Part shown: one piece after another, positions 1 through 8,196 of the stretch
Numbering within the stretch: the stretch's first letter is position 1
How the letters are laid out: each line of letters starts with the position of its first letter
Assembly (NCBI GenBank): GCA_963726195.1
Contig: CAVSBO010000019.1
Location: 1-12,695 of the forward strand
Direction: 5' to 3'
From: Candidatus Thorarchaeota archaeon
Lineage (GTDB): Archaea; Asgardarchaeota; Thorarchaeia; Thorarchaeales; Thorarchaeaceae
Length of the DNA: 12,695 bases
The notes under the pieces: generated by a model
The model's input: only the letters and a program-made list of their open reading frames with translations
Told to the model about the DNA's origin: nothing
Databases searched by the model: none
Position numbers and translations under genes: made by a program

Positions 1-85
1 CTTGGTGCCGTACGGCGGTGACCGCCTTTGGAATCGGTCCGTCCTGCAGGTCTGAAAAACCAAGTTCTCCGTAATCGTCGACCAT
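1..85. repeat. Imperfect direct repeat, copy 1 (may extend left of the window)
   Basis: Ungapped alignment to 9970-10054 gives 76/85 identity (mismatches at 5, 6, 14, 19, 34, 43, 49, 77, 82). Confidence 0.95.
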
Positions 86-103
86 CACAAGGGCTGTTTT
101 CAT
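1..103 (-). CDS. 5' part of a hypothetical protein running off the left window edge (MKTALVMVDDYGELGFSDLQDGPIPKAVTAVRHQ...), paralog of 9746..10066
   Basis: Manual translation of the - strand from ATG at 103 (or ATG at 85) stays open to position 1. The same frame is conserved in the repeat copy at 9970-10054 (MLDDYGELGFSDLQHGPVPKAVAAVRRQ). It is divergent from the ATPase gene. Confidence 0.4.
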   Translation of the reverse strand, partial: MKTALVMVDDYGELGFSDLQDGPIPKAVTAVRHQ

Positions 104-313
104 CCAGAATCGGTGAAGTGGAGTCAAGAACTGCTTTTTGCGTATTCAGAATGCGTTCAGTCGCCAAGTTCTTGAATTCAGGATTAACGATGCTCATCGG
201 TGTTTTTCGATAGGCGTTTGTCAGTCCTTGTACCCATTCACTCTCACCATTCGATGTCGGTGAGAATGTGACCGCGTCAGCTCAGCCCGAATCCAAGTCC
301 AGCTTGGTTCAAG

Positions 314-3300
314 ATGCTCTGTGTCTTCGTTCTGGCACTTGCCCCGCTTATGGTGAGCGGAGCGGCGCTGAACTCTCTCAATCTTATCTCGCCCATAGTG
401 AATACGATAGCCTTCTTACTGGCTGCTCTCTGCTTTCTTGTTGGCGCGTCGGCACTGGTCTTCACAGGCGTTTCCAAGAAGAATCTACTTCTCTGGTTGA
501 GCGGAGTAGCAGTTGTCCTTATTGTTGCGGCTCTTGACGGCGCTGTCTTCCTTTTGCTAATGGCTCCACAATACCCTATTGAGGCAGCATCTGTCCTTGT
601 CGGTATTGTTGTCTTCTATATTGTGATAAGCCGTTCAAGAAGTGAGGCTAGGCCGAGTTTCTTCAAGCAACAACCCAACGCTTCACCCAGCAAAGCGATT
701 ACTACAGCATTCAAAGCTGTCTCGTTGGATTTGGTTCAGGGAGCAGAAATCGTAGGCGTCCCAGATGATTATCTGAGAGTAACAGACGACAAGGCGTCGT
801 TCAGGACGAAGTGTCAACCCTTCTACGACATTCTGCGCGTTCTCATCATCGCCGGGGTCCCCCTAGCGTTGCGGCTTGAGACTCGCCTAGGCAAAACAAC
901 AGTGTTCTACCTCACTTGGTCTAGTGACACAAACAAGCTGGCTCAGTACCTCCAATCACTGACCGATACGATTAGAGTCAACCTCCCTATGTTCGTGACA
1001 AGACTGGTGAAGAGGTTCGAATCAGAAGTCGACACAGGTCATGGAGTTGGAACAGCCGTATACCTGATTGGCGAGCCCCTCTCGTTCGATGATGACAGGC
1101 AACGACTCGACCCGCTGACAGGCGTGACAGACATAATGCAACATCTTGACAACTGCATCATTCATGTCTCTGCAGTTCCCTATCAAGTTTCTAAGTCCAA
1201 GCTCAAGGAGGCAGAATCTGATTATCAGCGGCTGACGGAGCAGTCTCAAAAGACAATCTCGGAACCGGGCCACAGATTGCTCTCGCCGGATACCCAGCTC
1301 TCTAGAACGCAGGTGGACGCGCGAGCGTCGCGCCTTGCAACACAGGCGCTTCAGGACCTCAAGAGGCTGAGCAACCAATACCTCTGCAAGACGGAAGTGG
1401 CTTGTGCATGTTTGGGAACGGATCGAAACCAGACAGACGCCAGCGTTCACAGACTAATGGACGTGTTGGTAGGTATGTTGGCTCCTGCCACAAAAGAGAG
1501 AGATTTCCGCGTCGTCACCAAGAAGGGCAGGTCAGAGCTTGATAGAATCGCCCGCGGACTGCCCTCGTCGGAAGCAACAGTGTTGGCACTCGATGAGGCG
1601 GCAGTCTACTTCACTTTCCCGCGGTCCGATTTCGGCTTGAGGGTGAGCAAGAGAAGTTCATTCTCGTCAGGTTCCGCATTGGTTGCTCCGATTGCATATC
1701 ATGCAGAGTCGAAAAGGGAACAGCCCATTCTTGTCAATCAGGTTCCCACTTCGACCTTGGCTCGACAGACTGCGATTTGGAAGTATCCAGCAGACGGTAA
1801 CATCCTGCTCGGCTATCCCTTGATGGCAAGCGGAGAGAAGATACTCGATCGCCCCAAGGTGATGCTCGCGAAGTTTCTTGAGTCTCATTTGTTGATGGTC
1901 GGCAACACGCGCTCGGGCAAAACAACTACCGGGCTCTCGATTGCCGCACAAGCCATGAGGAACGGCGTGCATTCGATTGTGCTCGCCGGGCACAAAGGCT
2001 ACGAGTGGGCGAGTCTCTTGGACTTGGACCCTAATGTCTGGGTCTTCACTCCCGATGACCCCGACACAGCGCCTGTTTGTATTCCATCATTTCAGCCACC
2101 TCCGAAGGTGAAGCTCTACAGATGGTTCGATAGAATCGTGAATGTGTTTCTTGCTTCGATGCCTATCGATGGTGTGCTGAAGATGCATTTTAACGATGTG
2201 TTCCACACGATGTATCGCCGCTGCGGCTGGAGTATCAGCACCAACAAGCAGGGGAGATCAATCACACTGGCTGACCTGTATGAAGCTGTTCTGGAAGTGT
2301 CCACAGCCAAGAACCTGCAATATGACGATGAAGTCCGAAAGAACATCTTTGGTGCGATGCTTGCCCGCGTGAAGATGATGATGAGGAATCCTGCGCTGGT
2401 GAGGATGCTCAACACGACCCAAGGCATCTCGATTCCTGAATTGCTCAATCACACTGCAGTGTTCATCTTGGACAATCTCAGCGAATCTGACAAGATACTT
2501 GTCACTGGGCTGCTGACGGCGGCGATAAGTGAATACAGGATGGCGAGTCCACTTTCTGAACTTCGCAATCTTCTGATTATCGAAGAGGCACAGTACCTCC
2601 TTGGCCACTCTCTGGAGACCGGACAGATGAGCCCGACCATTCAACAAGAAGTTACGGCGGCTGTGATTGAGATGCTGAGGACAATGGGTGGTGCAGGACT
2701 GGGAATTGTGTTGATGACACAGCTTGCCTCGTCTCTCGCCAGCGAAGCGAGGCTTATCCCAGTGAATCTGATAATCCACGGAACGAGCGAAGAGAAAGGC
2801 CTGCAACTCGCCAAGGAACACGCCCGCTGTAACAGTGACCAGATTGAGCATATCAGCGGGATGACACGGGGAGAAACCATAGTCTTTCTTGAGAATGACC
2901 ATTTCCCGGCTAACGTGCAGATAGTTCCCCTTAGTGAACTCGTAGACACGCCTATTCGAACGGGGTTCTGGACTGCCGAGCAGGTTCGGGAGGCGATGCA
3001 GCCGGTCTGCGAGAAACATCCCGAGTTCAAAGCATCGCTTCCGCTCCCTGACAGGCTGATAGAGGTAATCGAAGGTGCTGCTCCTCAACCCGATTTATCG
3101 CGGAAAGGAGTACAAGAACAAGCAGGCGTCACGATGGGCAATGGCTCTTCCCATGATTCCGAGACCGAATCGCAACTCAACGCTCTGGTTCGAAGAGCCT
3201 TGAGTACGGGAACATTCGGGCAGTTCTATCAGCTGCGGCTAGAACAGGCCGAGAGAGGCGACACATATCCCTACGTTCAGTTGGTGTCTGAGTTCTGCCG

Positions 3301-3442
3301 CAAGTTTTGTCCCAAGGGTGTCAGCCCGGCATTGTTTGCCAAGAGGTTCATCGCCATATCAAAGGAGATCTCCCAAGGCCCAACAGATGGACACGTGATT
3401 GCTGGCATTGAACAAGCTCTCGAACAGGATTCAGCCGCTTGA
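314..3442 (+). CDS. Membrane-anchored HerA/FtsK-superfamily (VirD4/VirB4-like) P-loop ATPase
   Basis: 3-4 hydrophobic segments in the first ~105 aa. Walker A HLLMVGNTRSGKTT (G530, nt 1901-1924), Walker B LLIIEEAQ (E757), and the HerA/VirD4-type R..G.G.hhhhTQ motif (EMLRTMGGAGLGIVLMTQ). The pre-ATPase domain has DPL and VLALDEAAVYFTFP motifs reminiscent of coupling-protein N-terminal domains. Confidence 0.9.
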   Translation: MLCVFVLALAPLMVSGAALNSLNLISPIVNTIAFLLAALCFLVGASALVFTGVSKKNLLLWLSGVAVVLIVAALDGAVFLLLMAPQYPIEAASVLVGIVVFYIVISRSRSEARPSFFKQQPNASPSKAITTAFKAVSLDLVQGAEIVGVPDDYLRVTDDKASFRTKCQPFYDILRVLIIAGVPLALRLETRLGKTTVFYLTWSSDTNKLAQYLQSLTDTIRVNLPMFVTRLVKRFESEVDTGHGVGTAVYLIGEPLSFDDDRQRLDPLTGVTDIMQHLDNCIIHVSAVPYQVSKSKLKEAESDYQRLTEQSQKTISEPGHRLLSPDTQLSRTQVDARASRLATQALQDLKRLSNQYLCKTEVACACLGTDRNQTDASVHRLMDVLVGMLAPATKERDFRVVTKKGRSELDRIARGLPSSEATVLALDEAAVYFTFPRSDFGLRVSKRSSFSSGSALVAPIAYHAESKREQPILVNQVPTSTLARQTAIWKYPADGNILLGYPLMASGEKILDRPKVMLAKFLESHLLMVGNTRSGKTTTGLSIAAQAMRNGVHSIVLAGHKGYEWASLLDLDPNVWVFTPDDPDTAPVCIPSFQPPPKVKLYRWFDRIVNVFLASMPIDGVLKMHFNDVFHTMYRRCGWSISTNKQGRSITLADLYEAVLEVSTAKNLQYDDEVRKNIFGAMLARVKMMMRNPALVRMLNTTQGISIPELLNHTAVFILDNLSESDKILVTGLLTAAISEYRMASPLSELRNLLIIEEAQYLLGHSLETGQMSPTIQQEVTAAVIEMLRTMGGAGLGIVLMTQLASSLASEARLIPVNLIIHGTSEEKGLQLAKEHARCNSDQIEHISGMTRGETIVFLENDHFPANVQIVPLSELVDTPIRTGFWTAEQVREAMQPVCEKHPEFKASLPLPDRLIEVIEGAAPQPDLSRKGVQEQAGVTMGNGSSHDSETESQLNALVRRALSTGTFGQFYQLRLEQAERGDTYPYVQLVSEFCRKFCPKGVSPALFAKRFIAISKEISQGPTDGHVIAGIEQALEQDSAA

Positions 3443-6400
3443 GGATGGTCATCTTGCCATTCAAAATCCGCGAAACCGGGGAGGGGTTAGACAGAGAAAG
3501 TGAGTCTGAGAAGACACTCGAAAGGGAGCGGAATCGCGAAGGAACTGACCTTGGCACCGAGGACGATCTCGAGAGGCGAATCAAGGAGTTCCAGGAAGAG
3601 TTCGTGGCAGAGCAAGAAGAATCACATAACAGGGAGAACAGCGATATTCTCAAGGAACAAGAGGAGAGTGTCGAGCCACATGAGCGGATCCTGTCAGACT
3701 TTGAAGAGAAAGTGATCGATGCCTTCGAGGAATTTGGCATTGACCGGGAGAAGGTCAAGGCGCATTGGACTGAGCGTGAGATTGAGAATATCGAAGACGC
3801 GCTCGGCGTCTCAGGCAAGGAACATGCAGAGAGCGATAAGGAGACCCATGAATTCGAGGAGAAAGGCCCCGAGAAGACCGAACCCCTGTCCGAATACGTG
3901 GTGACTGAAGCGGGCGGCGGCCTGGTTTGTGCGCTCGAACTTGGTAAAGGAGAGGAGTCATCTCTTGTTGAGGTGGAGGGCTTTGAGCACGAGGACCCAA
4001 GACCTGACGAGACGAATGAGACCAACGAATCCTCCGCAGTTACAGAAGAACAGGGGCCTGAGACCGAGCAGGAAGTGGTCGAGACTGCCGCCGAGAACCA
4101 AGACACGACCTCCGATTCTATGAGGGTCCTCGAATCAACACGTAGCACGGAGGAGGGGGAGGGAAACGGTCAACCCGTGTTTGCTGACAATGAAGAGGTG
4201 TCTGATGGTCGCAGGATTTCAACCACTTCAGGAGCTACCAACGAACTGCCTACCGAATCCACGGAAAGAGCATTTGCGAAATCGAACCCTGAAGGCGTGG
4301 AAGAATCAACGCACGGTGAGTCGATTGAGTTTGACTCCGAATGCTCCGGGGAGCTGGAAGAACGTCAGGAAGACGAGACCGAACTCCTTGAAGACCGAAT
4401 GTATGGGCACTTGGTCAATGGCGAACGAATCCGGTCTGGGTCTGAGCACTCCGCAGTTGACCCTTCTCAGACAGAAGCGTACACCGAGGCTGACACACGC
4501 AGTCAAGAACTCATTGAGGCCGGAACAGAATCCCAAGATCAAGAGTCAGATGAGGAAGAACATGAGGTTGAGGAAGGAGCTGAGGAATGCTCTTCGCAGT
4601 CCGAGAATATCATGGCGGGTTTCTTTCCCGAGGGTGACCCTGTCATCAAGCCCATGCTTCCTGAAGGAAGCCACTTTGGGTTATTCCCGGAAACGGAAGA
4701 AGACCGGGTCAGAGAAAAGCTGAAGGATCTCTTCGATTCGCTGAGCGAGGAACAGAAGGAAGAAATCAAGGAACTCATTCGCCCTGACGTCGAGTCGGTT
4801 GAAGAGCTGGACGAACTCATTGCTCTGTTCCCCGATAGCCAATGCCATCCGGACTTCAAGACGATGTATGAGAAGGCGGTCGAATATGTTCAGACCGAGA
4901 AAGCGAGACATGGAAAAAGCGACCATGAAAAGCCAAGGCTGATTCAGTACATAATGAATCGCGAAGCGGAACGACGCTGGGCCGATCTGGTGTTCTGGGG
5001 AATCTCAGAATCGCACGACTATGAGTCTGTATCCAAGCAAGACACCGCCACGGATGTGTCAGCTCGCGCGGAAGCGATAGAGGAAACCGAGGCTCGTCGG
5101 TTCAAGAGAGCGATGTCCCCGGACGCATTACTACGCATCTATGAAGTTGCGCACGGATTCAGACCTAAGGTTTCTATCGAGACGATGAATGATGTGGACA
5201 GGCTTCTTGAAACGCATGAATCCCTCCGTAACAAGCCTCGATTCAAATCAAACTACGAAAAATGCCGCGTATATGTGGCTGTGAAGAAGGACCGGTCCAA
5301 GACACAGTTGGAGTTGTCGAGGATTTACCATATTCCGCAAAGCACAATCGGAACTTGGCGAAAAGGTGTCATGGAAGAATCACTAGTTCGTGCTTTGCGC
5401 GAGCGTGAAGAAATGCGAATAGCAGAACAGTGGGCTGTTCACCAGCCCCTGACAGAACTGAAGAGACTGTATCATCTAGTCTCCGAGTCCGACAATGAAG
5501 CACGAGAAGACAAGTCTCTTGGTTCATTCTCATTGCAGCCGCGGCGTGCGAAGTGTATTGATCTTCGGCATATCGGTCAAGTGTTTTCAGATACCAAGAC
5601 TGGTGAAATTGATACAGAACGAGTTGTTTCCTTGATTGAAAGCATCTGTCGACTCTCAGGAAATGAATCTAGGGTTCTCTTTTGTTCACTCAATGATGGG
5701 ACAATGGAACCCGAAGCATTGACTGAATTGCAGGAGTTCCTGCGGGATCACAGGAACGCAATCAAAAATGAAGTCGCTTGGCGCCTTGGCATGAACAACA
5801 ACAGCAACGATGTTCGACTAGGCATCGTAGAGGGCCGCTTGTACATTTGGATGCCGAACAACGACGCCAATGACTTGCTCAATGCTTGGTCCAGTCTATT
5901 CTTTTACTTTCGTAGCCAGAAAGAGTACTACAGGCTGTTCGGATACGTCTTTGAGTCTCTCGAACTGCATGACTATGGTGAGGGGCTCAAGCATTTTGAC
6001 AAGTTGATAGACGAGCTTATGCTCGAAGGAACCCGCAATGTAACTTCGAAATCCATGTCTGCGAAGAGTGTTCGAGTACTGGGAGAGGTCCTACGATTCC
6101 AGATGGATGCGACTGGCCTTCCCACTAGTTTTCTTGAAGGCCGTATCGGTAAGATTGCCGGGGCCAATGGACAGGGTGGAATCTGCAATCCTCACTTCTT
6201 GTCGGGGCGTCAGCTAGGTATGTTGCGGGCTAGATTGATGGCAACTGCAAACAGCGACTTCCATCTTCGGACGGACGGCAGAGTCGAGTACTACGAGGAA
6301 CACATGGATAGAATCGACATTTTCAAGAAGTCACTTCTCTTGCTTGGTGAAATGCGTCTGCCAATCACGAGAAGGAAAGGCAGTTACAGAGTCAATATCC

Positions 6401-7098
6401 CTCTTCCTGTTGGCAGATGCCTGCGCTTCTGGGGAATTCCTGGCGGGAACAAGACCCTCCTCAATTATGGGCTTCCAAGTCTTGTGATTAATGCCGATTT
6501 AGAGGAAGTGCGAGCATATGCTGAGGACTTGATACCACAAGATGGCTACTTTGGCCCGGGCGACGGTTTCATTTGGACGCGGTACGTCGGACTTGAGCCG
6601 GGTACAAAGGGGACAGGTTACGGACTTCATGAAATACTTACTCGCGACGAGGTGAACCTGATTGCTGCTTATGGAACGGATGATCAGCTTGACAGGAAGG
6701 TAGTAAGTTGGGGTAAGCTCGATGGGCTTCGGCTATCGAATGATAATGAAGTTGCAGACTCTGCTCGAAGCCTCATGAAGAAGATACTCGATACTCCTAG
6801 CAATCTTTTGGAGGATGAGGCTAGAATGATTGGTAGACTAGGAATCGGCATCGAGACTGCACCACGGACGATTAGATATCATAGGAAGACGGGAAAGGTT
6901 AGCGTAGGTTGGATTGGCAGAACAGTAGATTCCGAAGATGTACTCAGATGGGCGTCGCTCTGCCCGCCGAACGACGTTCGTAAGAGAGAGAAGGTCCTGT
7001 GCTTCCTCAAGTCTCATCTAGAAACTTGGACGAAGACCGGAAACGAGTTAATTAGGTCACGCGCAAAGCGTAGGTTTGGTGGGGATTCAAATGACTGA
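3439..7098 (+). CDS. Large multidomain protein: acidic disordered N-terminus, duplicated helical module with HTH, C-terminal LAGLIDADG-like (DOD) domain
   Basis: 1219-aa ORF whose TTG overlaps the ATPase TGA (TTGA; ATG at 3445 is an alternative start). The first ~400 aa are E/D/S/T-rich. HTH-like KTQLELSRIYHIPQSTIGTWRKG (nt 5299-5367). LAGLIDADG-like helices ARLMATANSDFH (D940) and RAYAEDLIPQDG (D1035), the linker WGIPGGNKT...LPSLV and LLEDEARMIGRLGI are typical of intein-type endonucleases. Confidence 0.8.
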   Translation: MRMVILPFKIRETGEGLDRESESEKTLERERNREGTDLGTEDDLERRIKEFQEEFVAEQEESHNRENSDILKEQEESVEPHERILSDFEEKVIDAFEEFGIDREKVKAHWTEREIENIEDALGVSGKEHAESDKETHEFEEKGPEKTEPLSEYVVTEAGGGLVCALELGKGEESSLVEVEGFEHEDPRPDETNETNESSAVTEEQGPETEQEVVETAAENQDTTSDSMRVLESTRSTEEGEGNGQPVFADNEEVSDGRRISTTSGATNELPTESTERAFAKSNPEGVEESTHGESIEFDSECSGELEERQEDETELLEDRMYGHLVNGERIRSGSEHSAVDPSQTEAYTEADTRSQELIEAGTESQDQESDEEEHEVEEGAEECSSQSENIMAGFFPEGDPVIKPMLPEGSHFGLFPETEEDRVREKLKDLFDSLSEEQKEEIKELIRPDVESVEELDELIALFPDSQCHPDFKTMYEKAVEYVQTEKARHGKSDHEKPRLIQYIMNREAERRWADLVFWGISESHDYESVSKQDTATDVSARAEAIEETEARRFKRAMSPDALLRIYEVAHGFRPKVSIETMNDVDRLLETHESLRNKPRFKSNYEKCRVYVAVKKDRSKTQLELSRIYHIPQSTIGTWRKGVMEESLVRALREREEMRIAEQWAVHQPLTELKRLYHLVSESDNEAREDKSLGSFSLQPRRAKCIDLRHIGQVFSDTKTGEIDTERVVSLIESICRLSGNESRVLFCSLNDGTMEPEALTELQEFLRDHRNAIKNEVAWRLGMNNNSNDVRLGIVEGRLYIWMPNNDANDLLNAWSSLFFYFRSQKEYYRLFGYVFESLELHDYGEGLKHFDKLIDELMLEGTRNVTSKSMSAKSVRVLGEVLRFQMDATGLPTSFLEGRIGKIAGANGQGGICNPHFLSGRQLGMLRARLMATANSDFHLRTDGRVEYYEEHMDRIDIFKKSLLLLGEMRLPITRRKGSYRVNIPLPVGRCLRFWGIPGGNKTLLNYGLPSLVINADLEEVRAYAEDLIPQDGYFGPGDGFIWTRYVGLEPGTKGTGYGLHEILTRDEVNLIAAYGTDDQLDRKVVSWGKLDGLRLSNDNEVADSARSLMKKILDTPSNLLEDEARMIGRLGIGIETAPRTIRYHRKTGKVSVGWIGRTVDSEDVLRWASLCPPNDVRKREKVLCFLKSHLETWTKTGNELIRSRAKRRFGGDSND

Positions 7099-7696
7099 GA
7101 TGCCGCCCCAAGCACTGAAAGTACTTACGAAGATACTAAGAGATTCAAAGAGTCTTACGAGTGTTGCGGAGGTACATGAATCGATGCTCAAGTGGCTTGA
7201 TCCCTCAGGCTCTAGCCCCACCGGAGTGGAACTCGTGAACCGGATTATAGATGAAGCAGTCTCTGAGCTCGTTGCCGAGATGGTGATTGATTACCCATCG
7301 CATGACGAGCTGGGCAACCCACAAGGTAAGCCCGAGTGGCATCTGAAGCTTCTCGATGACAAGGCGAGACGCACGCTGGCTGGTTTTTCCCCAGAGCAAT
7401 CTGCTCTCTTGAGGATTCTCTACAAGAGCAACTCATCAAAACGAATCGGTGCCATACGAGAGGAGGACGCGCTCAAGGTGCTCCACCAACAGGGGTTTGA
7501 CGTTTCTGAGATTCCCAGCATCGAGGATAGAGTGTCTTACTACTTCAGTGCGGAAGGCGGCAAGCGTGAGTTGTGGATTTACCTCATTCCTGAACATGAG
7601 AAGTCTCCCGCTTACAAGAGAGAACTGGAACGTTTGATGAAGAAGCACGAAAGGCAAGAAGACCACGAGATCGCGACCAGCCGCCGTGTAAAGTGA
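7091..7696 (+). CDS. Hypothetical ~201-aa protein, probably winged-helix-like
   Basis: ATG at 7091 overlaps the upstream gene end by 8 nt and follows a GGTGGGGA RBS-like sequence (7078-7085), so it is preferred over TTG 7076. Two helix-rich segments begin PPQALKVLTKIL and SPEQSALLRILY and each ends in short beta strands. The fold call is inference. Confidence 0.7.
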   Translation: MTEMPPQALKVLTKILRDSKSLTSVAEVHESMLKWLDPSGSSPTGVELVNRIIDEAVSELVAEMVIDYPSHDELGNPQGKPEWHLKLLDDKARRTLAGFSPEQSALLRILYKSNSSKRIGAIREEDALKVLHQQGFDVSEIPSIEDRVSYYFSAEGGKRELWIYLIPEHEKSPAYKRELERLMKKHERQEDHEIATSRRVK

Positions 7697-7697
7697 T

Positions 7698-7825
7698 GCA
7701 TGTTCGCCGATTTCAGGGCGATTCTGTGAGTCCTGAGATAAGGACTGTACGCAGCTGGTCCCCGCGTACCCTGTGTCTTTCGGCGGAAACGAAGTGGCCT
7801 GAATACGAAAGGCAAACAGACATGC
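7698..7825 (+). ncRNA. Candidate structured RNA/ssDNA element (five-way junction) directly after the operon
   Basis: Closing stem GCATGT 7698-7703/ACATGC 7820-7825 encloses four near-contiguous hairpins (7704-7721, 7729-7746, 7747-7769, 7771-7819). Manual pairing only; no family recognised. Confidence 0.3.
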
Positions 7826-8171
7826 CTGTCTTGGTGTCTAGTCAGCAGCATGCTTTTCTGTGGCAAGAAGAGGCCTGCAGTAGCGTTTCCACAAGCCTTG
7901 TCAAAGGTCACGAGGGTTTCGGTATTCTCAGCTCCGCACACACGATTCGCTATTCGTGGCAAAGTCTTCTTAGGTTATTCGGTTTTCTGTTTCGATGTGC
8001 CCCTTAGCCACATAAGTGGTACTAGGTGTTCTACTAGGATGTCTGGAGTTATGACCTTAAGAGAAATCCGGACTAGTGAGAATTGCGAGCATAAGGTTCA
8101 AATTGAATCCTAAGAAGATGTGTGTGGAGAAAAGGGATATCAACAACACTGCGATGATGTGGATGCATGTG

Positions 8172-8196
8172 CTCAGTCACTTGAGGAGACACTGAG
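8172..8196 (+). promoter_or_regulatory. Inverted repeat CTCAGT-N13-ACTGAG surrounding the RBS (GAGGAG) of the XRE/ImmA gene
   Basis: CTCAGT 8172-8177, ACTGAG 8191-8196, GAGGAG in the spacer, ATG at 8197. Confidence 0.35.

Noticed and set aside
1-85. tRNA or tRNA-derived att site (the - strand ends ...GGCACCA)
   Set aside because: There is no T-loop consensus or cloverleaf, and the CCA-like end is not kept in copy 2.
314-3442. Canonical HerA of the herA-nurA-mre11-rad50 repair operon, or CedB of the Ced system
   Set aside because: Several N-terminal membrane helices are present, and no nurA, mre11, rad50 or cedA-like genes are in the window.
3348-4148. 266-aa Ser-rich antisense ORF and other antisense or alternate-frame ORFs within 314-7696
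   Set aside because: These are shadows of the long + strand genes (Glu codons read as Ser/Phe/Leu on the reverse strand) and show no motifs.
3439-7098. Intein inside the large protein
   Set aside because: No Hint/splicing motifs flank the LAGLIDADG region and no extein follows it.
7724-7750. Hammerhead-ribozyme-like CTGTGAGTCC...GGAC
   Set aside because: It lacks the intact CUGANGA core, and GGAC is followed by TGTA rather than GAAA.
7612-8113. Short ORFs 7693-8007, 7850-8113 and 7612-7962
   Set aside because: They overlap each other, have atypical composition and no motifs; the region looks intergenic and structured.
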